NCBI GenBank assembly: GCA_009703055.1
Contig: WLGW01000001.1
Location: 4,079 to 68,078 of the forward strand
DNA length: 64,000 bases
From: Actinomycetota bacterium
GTDB lineage: Bacteria; Actinomycetota; Acidimicrobiia; Acidimicrobiales; Ilumatobacteraceae
Direction of reading: 5' to 3'
The position numbers and the translations under genes are program-made. This document shows, one piece after another, positions 11,401-21,194 of this stretch (position 1 is its first letter; each line of letters starts with the position of its first letter). The notes under the pieces are model-generated. The model searched no databases. It was not told the origin of the DNA and worked only from the letters and a program-made list of their open reading frames with translations.

Positions 11401-11838
11401 TCAGGAGAGACGCAGAAGTGCCTGCACGGCAAGTGAGTAGCCCATCCCGCCAAACCCGGAGATGCTTCCGTCAACAACAGGCGCAAGCACACTGACGTGA
11501 CGGAAATCTTCTCGAGCGCCTGGGTTAGACAAATGGACTTCGATGATTTTTCCAGGGAATGATCGCAGTGCATCGTGCAGAGCCCAGGAGTAGTGCGTCA
11601 GGGCACCTGCGTTGATGATGATCGCATCATGGACGCCTTTGGCCTGATGAATTGCAGAGACCAACTCTGACTCTGAGGCCGATTGAAGATCCGTCACAGC
11701 GATGCCGTGCGATGATGCTTCAGTTTTCACCGTGTTGACATGATCACTCAACGTCGCGGAACCGTAAATCTCTGGCTCACGAGTTCCCAGCAAATTGAGA
11801 TTGGGTCCATGCAGAACCAAGATGGATGACATCGACAT
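11401..11838 (-). CDS. aroQ: type II 3-dehydroquinate dehydratase
   Basis: 145 aa with ILVLHGPNLNLLGTREPEIYG and INAGALTHYS. Confidence 0.95.
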   Translation of the reverse strand: MSMSSILVLHGPNLNLLGTREPEIYGSATLSDHVNTVKTEASSHGIAVTDLQSASESELVSAIHQAKGVHDAIIINAGALTHYSWALHDALRSFPGKIIEVHLSNPGAREDFRHVSVLAPVVDGSISGFGGMGYSLAVQALLRLS

Positions 11839-11877
11839 GCCTCCACGGTACTCCGACCAATTCAGTAAACAGAGTGA

Positions 11878-12936
11878 TTAATCCCGATGGCTCAATCGGC
11901 CAACAAAAGCAGCCAAAGCCGTTTGGATATCGTCAGCACGAACACCTGGAACTACCTCGAGTCCGTCTGCTGAATCAAGGATGAACGTGATGGACTCCAG
12001 AGCCTTCTTGTCTCGTCCCATGGCTTCAATCAGGCGTTCAGCAACGAGACCCTTTGGCATTGCAAGATCGATGCCATAGACCTCATTGACGACTCGGTAG
12101 TGCTCATCCACCCTCTCGGAAGTGATGCGGCCCATCACTTCACCAAGATGTGCAGCAAACAAGAGCCCGAGGGCAACTGCTTCACCGTGCGCCATCGCGA
12201 AATTGGTTTCAATCTCAATCGCATGGGCGAGAGTGTGGCCGTAGTTCAAAAGGGCACGGACTCCCCCTTCACGTTCATCAGCAGCAACAATTTCAGCTTT
12301 AATCTCAATGCTTCGTGCCACTCGTTGTGCAAACGGCAACTCATCAAGATTTTCCCGAGCGATGAAGTGATACTTCGCCATCTCGCCGAGTCCACACCGC
12401 ATCTCTCGCGGCGGCAATGACTCCAGGGCGTCAAGGTCGCACACCACGCCATGTGGCTGCCAGTAGGCGCCCACAAGATTCTTTCCCTCTGGAATGTTGA
12501 CACCTGTCTTTCCACCGACGGCAGCATCAATCATTGCCAGCAGTGAGGTTGCAACATGAACAACAGGAATACCGCGATGGTACGAAGCCGCAGCGAACCC
12601 TGCGATGTCGGTCACCATTCCTCCGCCAACTCCGACAACAACGTCGTGGCGAGTTAACCCCGCCTGTGCAAAAACACTACACAACTGTGCGATGGTGGTC
12701 AGTGATTTATGTTCTTCACCCACTCCAATTTCATGAACTGTTACTTGGTGGTTCGGAAAACTGGGGACAAGAGAAGTGGGAATACCAGATTGAGTGACGA
12801 CGGCAACGCGCTTTGCTGTGGCCGGAAGAAGAGACGCCGTCTCAATAATTGCTCCATGACCAACAACAACCGAATATGTCCGGTCGCCGAGATCAACAGT
12901 GACGCGATTCATCTCACTCATTTGCACCAGCTCCAT
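11878..12936 (-). CDS. aroB: 3-dehydroquinate synthase
   Basis: 352 aa with GVGGGMVTDIAGFAAASYHRGIP and LNYGHTLAHAIE. The start is uncertain: ATG at 12936, 12921 or 12912, the last lying just past the aroK stop. Confidence 0.93.
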   Translation of the reverse strand: MELVQMSEMNRVTVDLGDRTYSVVVGHGAIIETASLLPATAKRVAVVTQSGIPTSLVPSFPNHQVTVHEIGVGEEHKSLTTIAQLCSVFAQAGLTRHDVVVGVGGGMVTDIAGFAAASYHRGIPVVHVATSLLAMIDAAVGGKTGVNIPEGKNLVGAYWQPHGVVCDLDALESLPPREMRCGLGEMAKYHFIARENLDELPFAQRVARSIEIKAEIVAADEREGGVRALLNYGHTLAHAIEIETNFAMAHGEAVALGLLFAAHLGEVMGRITSERVDEHYRVVNEVYGIDLAMPKGLVAERLIEAMGRDKKALESITFILDSADGLEVVPGVRADDIQTALAAFVGRLSHRD

Positions 12937-13477
12937 ATTTCACTGCTTCATCAATTGCATCAATCAATAGTGCGCACACTGATTCTTGAGATCTCTCTGA
13001 TACATCAACAACAATGTCAGCAACTTCCGAGTACAACGGCGTCCGTTCTTGTGACATGCGAACCAACGTTCCCTCACGGTCATCGTCAAGAAGGGGTCGA
13101 TGAGAACCTTTTGCTGTCCGAACAGAAAGAACTTCAGGCTGAGCATGGAGCCACACGACAATCGCACCGGCATCTTGTCGGGCTGCATTCAATAGGCCGC
13201 GATTCTCATCTCGAAGAACCACGCCCCCTGCGCCAGCAATCACTGCACCCTGAGGAGACCGCAAACAAGAAGACAACACATCGGATTCAAGATCTCGGAA
13301 AGCATCTTCACCATCTTCAGCAAACATTTGTCGCACTGGTTTTCCAGCCCGTGCTTCGACCAGTTTGTCCGTATCAAGACATTCAAGGCCGTAATGCGTT
13401 GCCAAGGTTCGCGCCACAGTGGACTTCCCTGTGCCCATCAGCCCCACCAGGACAATGGTGAGGCGTTCGTGAGTCAC
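12914..13477 (-). CDS. aroK: shikimate kinase
   Basis: 187 aa with the P-loop LVGLMGTGKSTV. The GTG start overlaps the aroC stop (GTGA). Confidence 0.92.
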   Translation of the reverse strand: MTHERLTIVLVGLMGTGKSTVARTLATHYGLECLDTDKLVEARAGKPVRQMFAEDGEDAFRDLESDVLSSCLRSPQGAVIAGAGGVVLRDENRGLLNAARQDAGAIVVWLHAQPEVLSVRTAKGSHRPLLDDDREGTLVRMSQERTPLYSEVADIVVDVSERSQESVCALLIDAIDEAVKYGAGANE

Positions 13478-14643
13478 GACCCTAGTGTCGCCTCAAACGA
13501 GGCAGCATTGCGAATGAATTCGGGAAGTGAGTCTCCACCAAACTTTCGCTGAGCTTCTGCTGCAAGAACCAACGCCACCATCGTTTCAGCAACAACACCC
13601 AGTGCAGGAACTGCTGTCACATCAGTGCGCTCTTTGAAGCTGACGGTTTCTTCCTTGGTGACCGTATCGACCGTCTTCAGGGTGGGCTTGTTTAACGTTG
13701 CAAGAGGCTTCATCGCCGCACGAACGATCAAAGGCTCACCCGTTGTAATGCCACCTTCGGTGCCGCCAGAGCGATGCCCTTCACGAACGTATTTCTTGTT
13801 GGCTGCATCCCACAAAATGGGGTCATGTGATTGGCTTCCGCGCAATCCTGCAGTTTCGAATCCGTCGCCAATTTCAACACCCTTGACAGCCTGAATGCTC
13901 ATCACTGCTTGAGCCAACATTGCATCAATCTTGCGATCCCAATGAACATGGCTGCCGAGTCCAATCGGAACTCCGTAGGCAATCACTTCAACGATGCCTC
14001 CGAGAGAGTCACCTTCACGTGCGGCATCTTTGATCGCCGTGATCATGGCCTCTTCAGCGTTCTTGTCAAAACAACGAACTTCTGACTCATCGATTGCAGC
14101 AAGATCGGCAAATGTCGGGAGAGTCGTGTTCTGCGCTTTAGCGCTGCCCATCTGAACAACATGGCTCAGAATGTCCACACCAATGTGGCGCAACAATTGT
14201 TTTGCCAGAGCACCAGCTGCAACACGCGCAGCTGTTTCACGAGCGCTTGCTCGTTCCAAGACATCACGAGCGTCCGTAAACCCGTACTTCTGCATACCCA
14301 CGAGGTCTGCATGTCCGGGACGTGGCTGCGTCAGTGGCGACTCTGTTGCTCCTGGCTCAGGAGACATTTCTGCATGCCACTTGTCGCTACGGAACCACTC
14401 TGAGTTCTGAATCTCGATAGCAACCGGAGAGCCGAGGGTGCGTCCGTGGCGAACTCCGCCCACCAACGTGATCACATCTTTCTCAAAGCGCTGACGCGGT
14501 CCGCGGCCGTATCCCAATCGACGGCGAGCAAGATCTGTCTCTATATCTTCAGCGACAATGGGCATGCCTGCAGGAAGGCCTTCCACGATGACCGTGAGAG
14601 CTTTCCCGTGAGATTCGCCAGCTGTGAGGTACCTAAGCACCAT
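13474..14643 (-). CDS. aroC: chorismate synthase
   Basis: 389 aa with the N-terminus RYLTAGESHG, plus RPGHAD and GGEGGITTGEP-like segments. Confidence 0.96.
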   Translation of the reverse strand: MVLRYLTAGESHGKALTVIVEGLPAGMPIVAEDIETDLARRRLGYGRGPRQRFEKDVITLVGGVRHGRTLGSPVAIEIQNSEWFRSDKWHAEMSPEPGATESPLTQPRPGHADLVGMQKYGFTDARDVLERASARETAARVAAGALAKQLLRHIGVDILSHVVQMGSAKAQNTTLPTFADLAAIDESEVRCFDKNAEEAMITAIKDAAREGDSLGGIVEVIAYGVPIGLGSHVHWDRKIDAMLAQAVMSIQAVKGVEIGDGFETAGLRGSQSHDPILWDAANKKYVREGHRSGGTEGGITTGEPLIVRAAMKPLATLNKPTLKTVDTVTKEETVSFKERTDVTAVPALGVVAETMVALVLAAEAQRKFGGDSLPEFIRNAASFEATLGS

Positions 14644-14649
14644 TTCAGA

Positions 14650-15498
14650 CTACTTGTGGCGAGCAGCAAGTTCCCGTTCTGCAGCCTCACGCATGGGTTC
14701 AGCCTCTGGATTCCAGCCAAATTGATGCACGCATTGGCGTCGAGCCTGCTGAATCAGCATCCATAAGCCGTCGACCGTCTTGCCGCCTGCTTGACGGGCC
14801 GCCGTTAACAAGGCGGTCTCCATCGGCGAGTACACGGCATCGAGCACCACGATATTGCGGCGCAGAATGTTCGCCGGAAGAGGAAGTTCATCAGAGTTCA
14901 TCCCCACCGAGGTGGTGTTCACGAGAACTCCTGCACGACCGATTTCGTCGAGAGAGCCGATCACGATGTCTCCGCCAGCTTCTTGTGCTGCCGGAGCAAG
15001 GGTTCGCACTAGTTCTTCAGCCTTTGCAGCCGTGCGATTAATGATTGCAACACGCGCTCCGCGTCGTCCCAAAGCCAATGCAACTGAACGCGCCGTACCA
15101 CCAGCACCAAGCACAACAGCGTGTGCACCTCCGAGAAGGGCACCACCTTGTTGCTCAAGAGCATCACAGCAGCCATCGCCATCCGTGTTGTGCCCTGTCG
15201 CAATTCCATTATTGAAATCAACACAGTTCACTGCATTCAATAACCGAGCGTCTTCATCAATGACATCAAGAAATGGAATGATGGCTTCCTTCAGTGGCAT
15301 TGTCACCGAAAGTCCCCGCACGCCTCGCTCACGCAATTGCGTCAAGACATCTTTGATATTCGCTGCATCGGCTTGCGCTGCTTCATACTCACCTTCCAGC
15401 GATTGGTACGCAAAAGCTGCCCGATATATCGCCGGAGACAATGAGTGCGAGATGGGCGAACCCACCACAGCACCAAGTAAAGAGTTGTTCGTGGTCAT
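14650..15498 (-). CDS. aroE: shikimate 5-dehydrogenase
   Basis: It has GSPISHSLSP, NTDG and the Rossmann motif VLGAGGTARSVA. I place the start at ATG 15498, which overlaps the mltG stop as ATGA. The longer track ORF (to 15612) is rejected. Confidence 0.9.
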   Translation of the reverse strand: MTTNNSLLGAVVGSPISHSLSPAIYRAAFAYQSLEGEYEAAQADAANIKDVLTQLRERGVRGLSVTMPLKEAIIPFLDVIDEDARLLNAVNCVDFNNGIATGHNTDGDGCCDALEQQGGALLGGAHAVVLGAGGTARSVALALGRRGARVAIINRTAAKAEELVRTLAPAAQEAGGDIVIGSLDEIGRAGVLVNTTSVGMNSDELPLPANILRRNIVVLDAVYSPMETALLTAARQAGGKTVDGLWMLIQQARRQCVHQFGWNPEAEPMREAAERELAARHK

Positions 15499-16694
15499 GG
15501 GAGTAGCCCCGCCGCCTTTGCTATCGCAACTTTGGCAAGATGCTGTTCGTATGTTGTCGAGAATGCGTGTCCACCTTCGGCAGTTGCAAGCACATAGAAG
15601 AGGTACTGACACTTCACACCTGCTTCCAGTCCGACACAGGCTTCATCTGATTTCGGTGGTGCACCTGCTGGCGCAAGAGCTGCCTGAATCGAAGCTTTAC
15701 CTGGGTTTGCAATCGGCGTGGGAGGAAGACCCTTGTTGATGTACGTGTTGTACGGAGTGTCTGTGGCCTTCATCTCAGTCCACGTCATCGCAGGGTCTTG
15801 ACCGTATTTCACTGCCGCATCAATTTCGAGTGGCATCTTCGCCGCAAGGCGGTTGTAGATCACTTGAGCAATCTTTGACCGGTCTCCCGATATTTTTGCC
15901 TCGCGCTCAATGAGAGAAGCGATAATCAGAATTTGATACGGGGTGTATCCGCGAAGCTTTGCGCCTGCTGCCAAATCAACTTGACGTGCAACACGTTGCA
16001 TCATTGAGACCATCGTCGAGACCACACGTGACTCAGACCCGTCACCCGATACTTGATATGTGTCGGGGAATAGCAGCCCTTCCAATGAATTGACATCTTT
16101 CGGTTGCAACTCTGAACGCACTGAACCATCTGATGCAGCGGTGAGAAAATCCGACGAAGACATAAAGGTCAACTTCGAAGAGAGACGATCGCCCATCTGG
16201 GCAACTGTCATTCCTTCTGGAAAAGTCACGGAGACAAATGTTTGCGCAGGTGGAGTCGACAAAGCCTTAATGATGGAACCTGCGTTGTCACCTGCTCGCA
16301 ACGTGTAGTAGCCGGGAACTAAATCAATGCCACCTTTTGTTGATGCGTACCAACGAAAGATAGAAGAACTCTTGATGATGTCTTGATCTGCAAGACGACG
16401 CGACACACTCGACAACGTGTCACCATCATTCACGGTGAAATTCACCGAAGCACCAGGCTCCCCTGCCGGGTTCAACTGATAGACAACCCACCATCCAGCT
16501 GACCCAATCAACAAGATTGTTGCGATCACTATTGAGACCACCATCCGCACCGGACGACGAAGAGTGTCCAACCCCGGAACCAGTTCTTCCGTTGCTCCTT
16601 CTGACACGACAGAGACACGATCCCATGGATCCTCATGCCAATCATTAGGGAGAAGAGGGTCACCGGCCACGATTGTCCCCGAGATTTCCCGCAT
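15495..16694 (-). CDS. mltG: endolytic peptidoglycan transglycosylase MltG (YceG-like)
   Basis: A single N-terminal TM segment (VVSIVIATILLIGSAGWWVV) is followed by a YceG domain with LLFPDTY, ASLIEREA and PYNTY. The start is uncertain (ATG 16694 or 16760); both overlap the ruvX 3' end. Confidence 0.88.
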   Translation of the reverse strand: MREISGTIVAGDPLLPNDWHEDPWDRVSVVSEGATEELVPGLDTLRRPVRMVVSIVIATILLIGSAGWWVVYQLNPAGEPGASVNFTVNDGDTLSSVSRRLADQDIIKSSSIFRWYASTKGGIDLVPGYYTLRAGDNAGSIIKALSTPPAQTFVSVTFPEGMTVAQMGDRLSSKLTFMSSSDFLTAASDGSVRSELQPKDVNSLEGLLFPDTYQVSGDGSESRVVSTMVSMMQRVARQVDLAAGAKLRGYTPYQILIIASLIEREAKISGDRSKIAQVIYNRLAAKMPLEIDAAVKYGQDPAMTWTEMKATDTPYNTYINKGLPPTPIANPGKASIQAALAPAGAPPKSDEACVGLEAGVKCQYLFYVLATAEGGHAFSTTYEQHLAKVAIAKAAGLLP

Positions 16695-17094
16695 CAAGCC
16701 AAGACTGAAGAATGACCGCTGCTGCAACTTTGTCAATGACCTTGCGACGGTCCTGCGCATTGAGCCCGCGTTCCATCAACACTCGGTCTCCTTCCACCGT
16801 TGACCGACGTTCATCATGGATGTACACCGGCACACCGACCACCGTAGCCATTCGATCAGCTTCCATTCGGGCAGACTTCGCTGCTGTTCCCTCAGAACCA
16901 TCCATATTCAAAGGAAGACCGACAACAATTGCTCCGGCTTCTTCCTCTTGGACGATTTTCAGAATCTCTGCGTGGTCGACTCGTTGCGACGCACCACGAT
17001 TCAACACAACGAGTGGTGATGCAATCGTTCCACTGCGGTCAGATGCAGCAATACCGATTCTCTTGGACCCGAGATCGATACCTAAGACTCGCAC
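16660..17094 (-). CDS. ruvX: putative pre-16S rRNA nuclease / Holliday junction resolvase-like YqgF
   Basis: VRVLGIDLGSKRIGIAASD is the YqgF N-terminus. The GTG start at 17094 lies 2 nt downstream of the alaS stop codon (17099-17101). The longer track ORF would overlap alaS by 116 nt. Confidence 0.88.
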   Translation of the reverse strand: MRVLGIDLGSKRIGIAASDRSGTIASPLVVLNRGASQRVDHAEILKIVQEEEAGAIVVGLPLNMDGSEGTAAKSARMEADRMATVVGVPVYIHDERRSTVEGDRVLMERGLNAQDRRKVIDKVAAAVILQSWLDAGNLGDNRGR

Positions 17095-17098
17095 AATC

Positions 17099-19732
17099 TC
17101 AGCCGAGTGAGCCGATGACGGCTGCGGCTTTCTCTCGAGCAATGGACAGTGCTTCGTCAAGAGCTCCTGGGTTCTTGCCACCAGCGGTTGCAATGTCTCC
17201 CTTGCCGCCGCCACCGCCGCCTACTGCCTTCGCAGCATCCTTGATGAGATCGCCAGCGTTTGCCTTCAACGACGTATTGGTCGCACCCACAATCGACACA
17301 CCACCCGTGTCAGTGACTCCACCCAACACAACTGCATTGATTCCTGCTTGCTGACGAACAGCAACTGCAAGATCTCTGAGATCGTTAGCAGTGATTCCAT
17401 CAACGCGGGCCACAACGATGCCATTCACGGCCTCTGCGGCAAGTTCCACGGCGCGCCCTGACGCAAGCCGTGATCGCAGAACCTTCAACTCATCCTGTGC
17501 AGCCTTGAGTTCGTCCAGTTTGCGCTGCACACCAGCTACTGCATCATCAGCCTTCGTTCCCACCACCGCGGCAACCTGTTCGAGAATGTCACCATTGCGC
17601 TGAACAAATCGAAGCGTGTTGGTGCCAGTGACAGCCTCGATACGACGAAGGTTTGAACCAATAGATGATTCACCAACGATCTTGATTGTTCCGATATCAC
17701 CAGTTGCAGAGACATGAGTCCCACCGCACAACTCAGTCGATGCTCCCGCCTTCAGCACACGAACCGTGTCACCGTACTTATCACCAAAGAACGCAATGGC
17801 TCCTGCGGCGAGTGCTTCCTCTTTCGATGTTTCAAAGGCATCGACCGAGACATTCAACAACACCTGCGTGTTCGCAAGTTCTTCAATGCGTGCAATCTCA
17901 TCTGCAGTCACCGAGTCGTAATGGCTGAAGTCAAAGCGAAGTCGATCAGGTGACACCAACGAGCCGGCCTGTTTCACGTGCTCACCCAACACCGTGCGCA
18001 ATGCCCAGTGAAGAATGTGGGTACCTGTGTGATTACGACGGGTCGCCGTACGCGCAGCAGTGTCAATACGAGCCGAGACAACGGCTCCTTCTACTGCTGT
18101 ACCAGAGATGGCTCTACACAAATGGCGGCGAAGACCTGGCAAGGCGAAGTTTGTATCGAGAACTTGCAACTCAAAGTCGGTACCCGACAGAACACCAATA
18201 TCTCCTACTTGTCCACCGCTTTCGGCGTAGAACGGAGTGTGATCAAGGAAAACCTCAAGAATTCCGTCTTCACCGTCAATCACAGCAAGGATTGTGGACT
18301 CTGACGTGTCATGGACATATCCAACGAACTCCGTTGTCCCGTGAGTCTCCATTACTTCGCGATATGCCTCAACACGGTCGCCATCAACACGGCCAGACTT
18401 CCGTGCATCCTTTGCACGAGTGCGCTGCTCGTTCATCTCAGACTCGAAACCAGCGATGTCAACATCAACTCCGCGCTCGGCGGCAATCTCTTGGGTCAAC
18501 TCCAAGGGGAATCCATAGGTGTCGTGTAGCAAGAACGCAGAACGCCCTGAGAGGCGATCAGGATTGGCAGCAATGTCATCTTCCAGAATTGCAAGACCTG
18601 TCTTCAACGTGTTGTGGAAGCGTTCTTCCTCTTTTGTGAGAACGCCCACGATGAAATCGCGATTCTTCACGATGTCGGGATAGGCATTCCCCATGACATC
18701 AACGGCCACTCCTGCAAGCGTCGGCATGACAAGTTTCTCCGTGCCCAGCAAGAATGCATGGCGCACAGCACGACGAATAATACGTCGCAGAACGTAACCG
18801 CGGTTCTCGTTACTGGGGAATACACCATCGTTAATCAACATGGTTGCGGAACGAGCATGTTCTGCAAGCACTCGAATGCTGAAACTGTCGCGATGTTCGT
18901 AATCACCGACGCGATACTCGCCACCGGTGATTTCCTGAGCTGCCTGAATCAATGGGAACAACGCATCGGTCTCCCAGACAGAGTCAACACCTTGTACAAG
19001 AGCCAAAATTCGCTCAAGACCTGCACCAGTATCAATACTTGGCTTCGGCAATGGGGTGCGCGTTCCGTCAGGCGCTTGGTTGTACTGCATGAACACCAAG
19101 TTCCAGAACTCCATGAAGCGGTCGCCATGCGGATCATTCTGTGGACCACCATCAGGGCCAAAATCTGGGCCACGGTCATAATGAATCTCTGAGCACGGCC
19201 CACACGGACCCGTGTCCCCTGCTTGCCAGAAGTTGTCTTTGTCGCCGAGACGCTGGATGCGCTCCATCGGCACACCGACTTTTTCATGCCAGATTGCTTC
19301 GGCTTCGTCGTCAGACTCATGAACTGTGATCCAGAGACGTTCCGGGTCAAAGCCGAAAACCTCTGTCACCAGTTTCCACGACCATGGGATTGCATCTTCT
19401 TTGAAGTAGTCACCAAAACTGAAGTTGCCAAGCATCTCAAAAAAGACAAGGTGACGCTTTGTACGGCCAACATCATCAAGGTCATTGTGCTTGCCACCAG
19501 CGCGCACACACTTTTGTACCGTGACGGCGCGGTTGTACGGCGCTACTTCATCACCCATGAAGTACGGCTTGAAGGGCACCATTCCGGCCACCGTAAAGAG
19601 CAACGTCTGGTCGTGAGGGATAAGGCTGGCCGACGGCACAACCGTATGCGCACGGTCACCAAAGAACTGCGAAAAAGCCGACCTCAGTTGGTCTGCGCTG
19701 CGGGGAGAACCGGATGAAAGTGGTGAAACCAT
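17099..19732 (-). CDS. alaS: alanine--tRNA ligase
   Basis: 877 aa with FFEMLGNFSFGDYFK, the editing-domain HTGTH motif and a C-terminal DHHA1-like GGGGG. Confidence 0.97.
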   Translation of the reverse strand: MVSPLSSGSPRSADQLRSAFSQFFGDRAHTVVPSASLIPHDQTLLFTVAGMVPFKPYFMGDEVAPYNRAVTVQKCVRAGGKHNDLDDVGRTKRHLVFFEMLGNFSFGDYFKEDAIPWSWKLVTEVFGFDPERLWITVHESDDEAEAIWHEKVGVPMERIQRLGDKDNFWQAGDTGPCGPCSEIHYDRGPDFGPDGGPQNDPHGDRFMEFWNLVFMQYNQAPDGTRTPLPKPSIDTGAGLERILALVQGVDSVWETDALFPLIQAAQEITGGEYRVGDYEHRDSFSIRVLAEHARSATMLINDGVFPSNENRGYVLRRIIRRAVRHAFLLGTEKLVMPTLAGVAVDVMGNAYPDIVKNRDFIVGVLTKEEERFHNTLKTGLAILEDDIAANPDRLSGRSAFLLHDTYGFPLELTQEIAAERGVDVDIAGFESEMNEQRTRAKDARKSGRVDGDRVEAYREVMETHGTTEFVGYVHDTSESTILAVIDGEDGILEVFLDHTPFYAESGGQVGDIGVLSGTDFELQVLDTNFALPGLRRHLCRAISGTAVEGAVVSARIDTAARTATRRNHTGTHILHWALRTVLGEHVKQAGSLVSPDRLRFDFSHYDSVTADEIARIEELANTQVLLNVSVDAFETSKEEALAAGAIAFFGDKYGDTVRVLKAGASTELCGGTHVSATGDIGTIKIVGESSIGSNLRRIEAVTGTNTLRFVQRNGDILEQVAAVVGTKADDAVAGVQRKLDELKAAQDELKVLRSRLASGRAVELAAEAVNGIVVARVDGITANDLRDLAVAVRQQAGINAVVLGGVTDTGGVSIVGATNTSLKANAGDLIKDAAKAVGGGGGGKGDIATAGGKNPGALDEALSIAREKAAAVIGSLG

Positions 19733-19776
19733 GAGACTTCCATGTTACCCAGCAGCCCTCTGCCAGACGGGAAGAC

Positions 19777-20004
19777 TTAGGGCTGACGAGGCTCGGGGGG
19801 AACCGGAGCAGATGGTGAGCTCTCAGATTTGCCGTACAAGGCAATCAGACGTGTCACCAAAGACTTTGCAGAGTCAATAAGCACAGACAAAATCGCACTC
19901 GGCGTGATCTTTTCGGCTGCAGCTATCGCCTTGCGACGCGCCCACATCAGTCCGGTCGCACCTGCCACGACACCGAGGCAGAACCAAAACAATCGCTTCA
20001 TCAT
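19777..20004 (-). CDS. small membrane-anchored hypothetical protein
   Basis: 75 aa with an N-terminal TM helix (LFWFCLGVVAGATGLMW) and a Pro-rich tail. It fits exactly between rarA and alaS. No family recognised. Confidence 0.45.
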   Translation of the reverse strand: MMKRLFWFCLGVVAGATGLMWARRKAIAAAEKITPSAILSVLIDSAKSLVTRLIALYGKSESSPSAPVPPEPRQP

Positions 20005-20028
20005 GACAGTGTCCTCTCAGGAAATGCC

Positions 20029-21189
20029 CTATTCACCGTCTGCACGGTAGTAGCGAAACTCACCATTTCCCATAGGTCTAAAACCAGGTGGCTCAGCAGT
20101 CGTCGAGGGTGCTTGCCCCGTGCGTCCTTCACGAACATCGGCCACTGCACGCGCAATTGCATCAGTCACCGCGCGACTCTTCGGAGCGCGGGACAAATGA
20201 ATCACTCCATGGGCCAAATGATGCATCGCTTCTGGCAGACCGACTCGATCGAGTGCATCGGCAACTGCAATGGCGATCTGTAGAGCAGTCGGGTCAGCTA
20301 CCCCAATATCTTCACTCGCGAAGATAATCATTCGACGAGCGATGAAGCGAGGGTCTTCCCCTGCTTCCACCATTCGCGCTAGCCAGTGCAACGCGATGTC
20401 CACTTCTGAGGCGCGCATCGACTTGATAAAGGCTGAGATCACGTCATAGTGATCATCTCTGCCCAATCTCGACACGCTTGTATCTAGTGCCGTCGTTGCA
20501 TTCTCAAGAGAAACAGCACCGCCACCAGCGAGAGCAATTGCAACTTCGAGTGCAGTCAAGGCTTGACGCGCATCGCCCGTGCATCGGCGTGCAAGGAGTT
20601 CAATTGCGGCGTCGTGTGCTTCAACACCTTCATGCACCAGTGCTCGACGAAGAAGTTCTGCCACAGCACGTTCATCCACTGGTTTCAATCCGAAAACCGA
20701 TGACCTACTTCTCAGAGCAGGGTTGACAGAGAAGGCGGGGTTCTCTGTTGTTGCACCAACCAAGGTGACGAGACCACTTTCCACTGCATGCAGCAATGCA
20801 TCTTGTTGCGTCGTGTTGAAACGATGAATCTCATCGACGAACACAACTGTTCCTCTGTCATCAATGGTCAGACGCCTCTTTGCTGCATCAATGACTTCAC
20901 GAATGTCTTTCACACCGGCGGTCACCGCAGACAAGCGCTCAAAGTTCTTCTTCGTCGTACTCGCAACGAGTTCAGCGAGTGTTGTCTTCCCTGTGCCAGG
21001 AGGACCCCACAAAATGATGGACGCTAAACGGTCAGACTCAATGAGACGACGAAGTGGCCCAGTGGGACCCACAAGATGATCTTGCCCAACAACATCGTCC
21101 AAAGTGGACGGACGCATGCGAGCAGCCAATGGTGCACGAGATGCGATGCGCTCCTCTACTGAAGCAGTGAAGAGGTCGGGAGAGTCCAT
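20029..21189 (-). CDS. rarA: replication-associated recombination protein A (AAA+ ATPase)
   Basis: It has the Walker A motif ILWGPPGTGKTTLA, Walker B VVFVDEIHRFN, and an MgsA C-terminal region (HYDVISAFIKSMRASEVDIALHWLARM). Confidence 0.93.
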   Translation of the reverse strand: MDSPDLFTASVEERIASRAPLAARMRPSTLDDVVGQDHLVGPTGPLRRLIESDRLASIILWGPPGTGKTTLAELVASTTKKNFERLSAVTAGVKDIREVIDAAKRRLTIDDRGTVVFVDEIHRFNTTQQDALLHAVESGLVTLVGATTENPAFSVNPALRSRSSVFGLKPVDERAVAELLRRALVHEGVEAHDAAIELLARRCTGDARQALTALEVAIALAGGGAVSLENATTALDTSVSRLGRDDHYDVISAFIKSMRASEVDIALHWLARMVEAGEDPRFIARRMIIFASEDIGVADPTALQIAIAVADALDRVGLPEAMHHLAHGVIHLSRAPKSRAVTDAIARAVADVREGRTGQAPSTTAEPPGFRPMGNGEFRYYRADGE

Positions 21190-21194
21190 TAGTT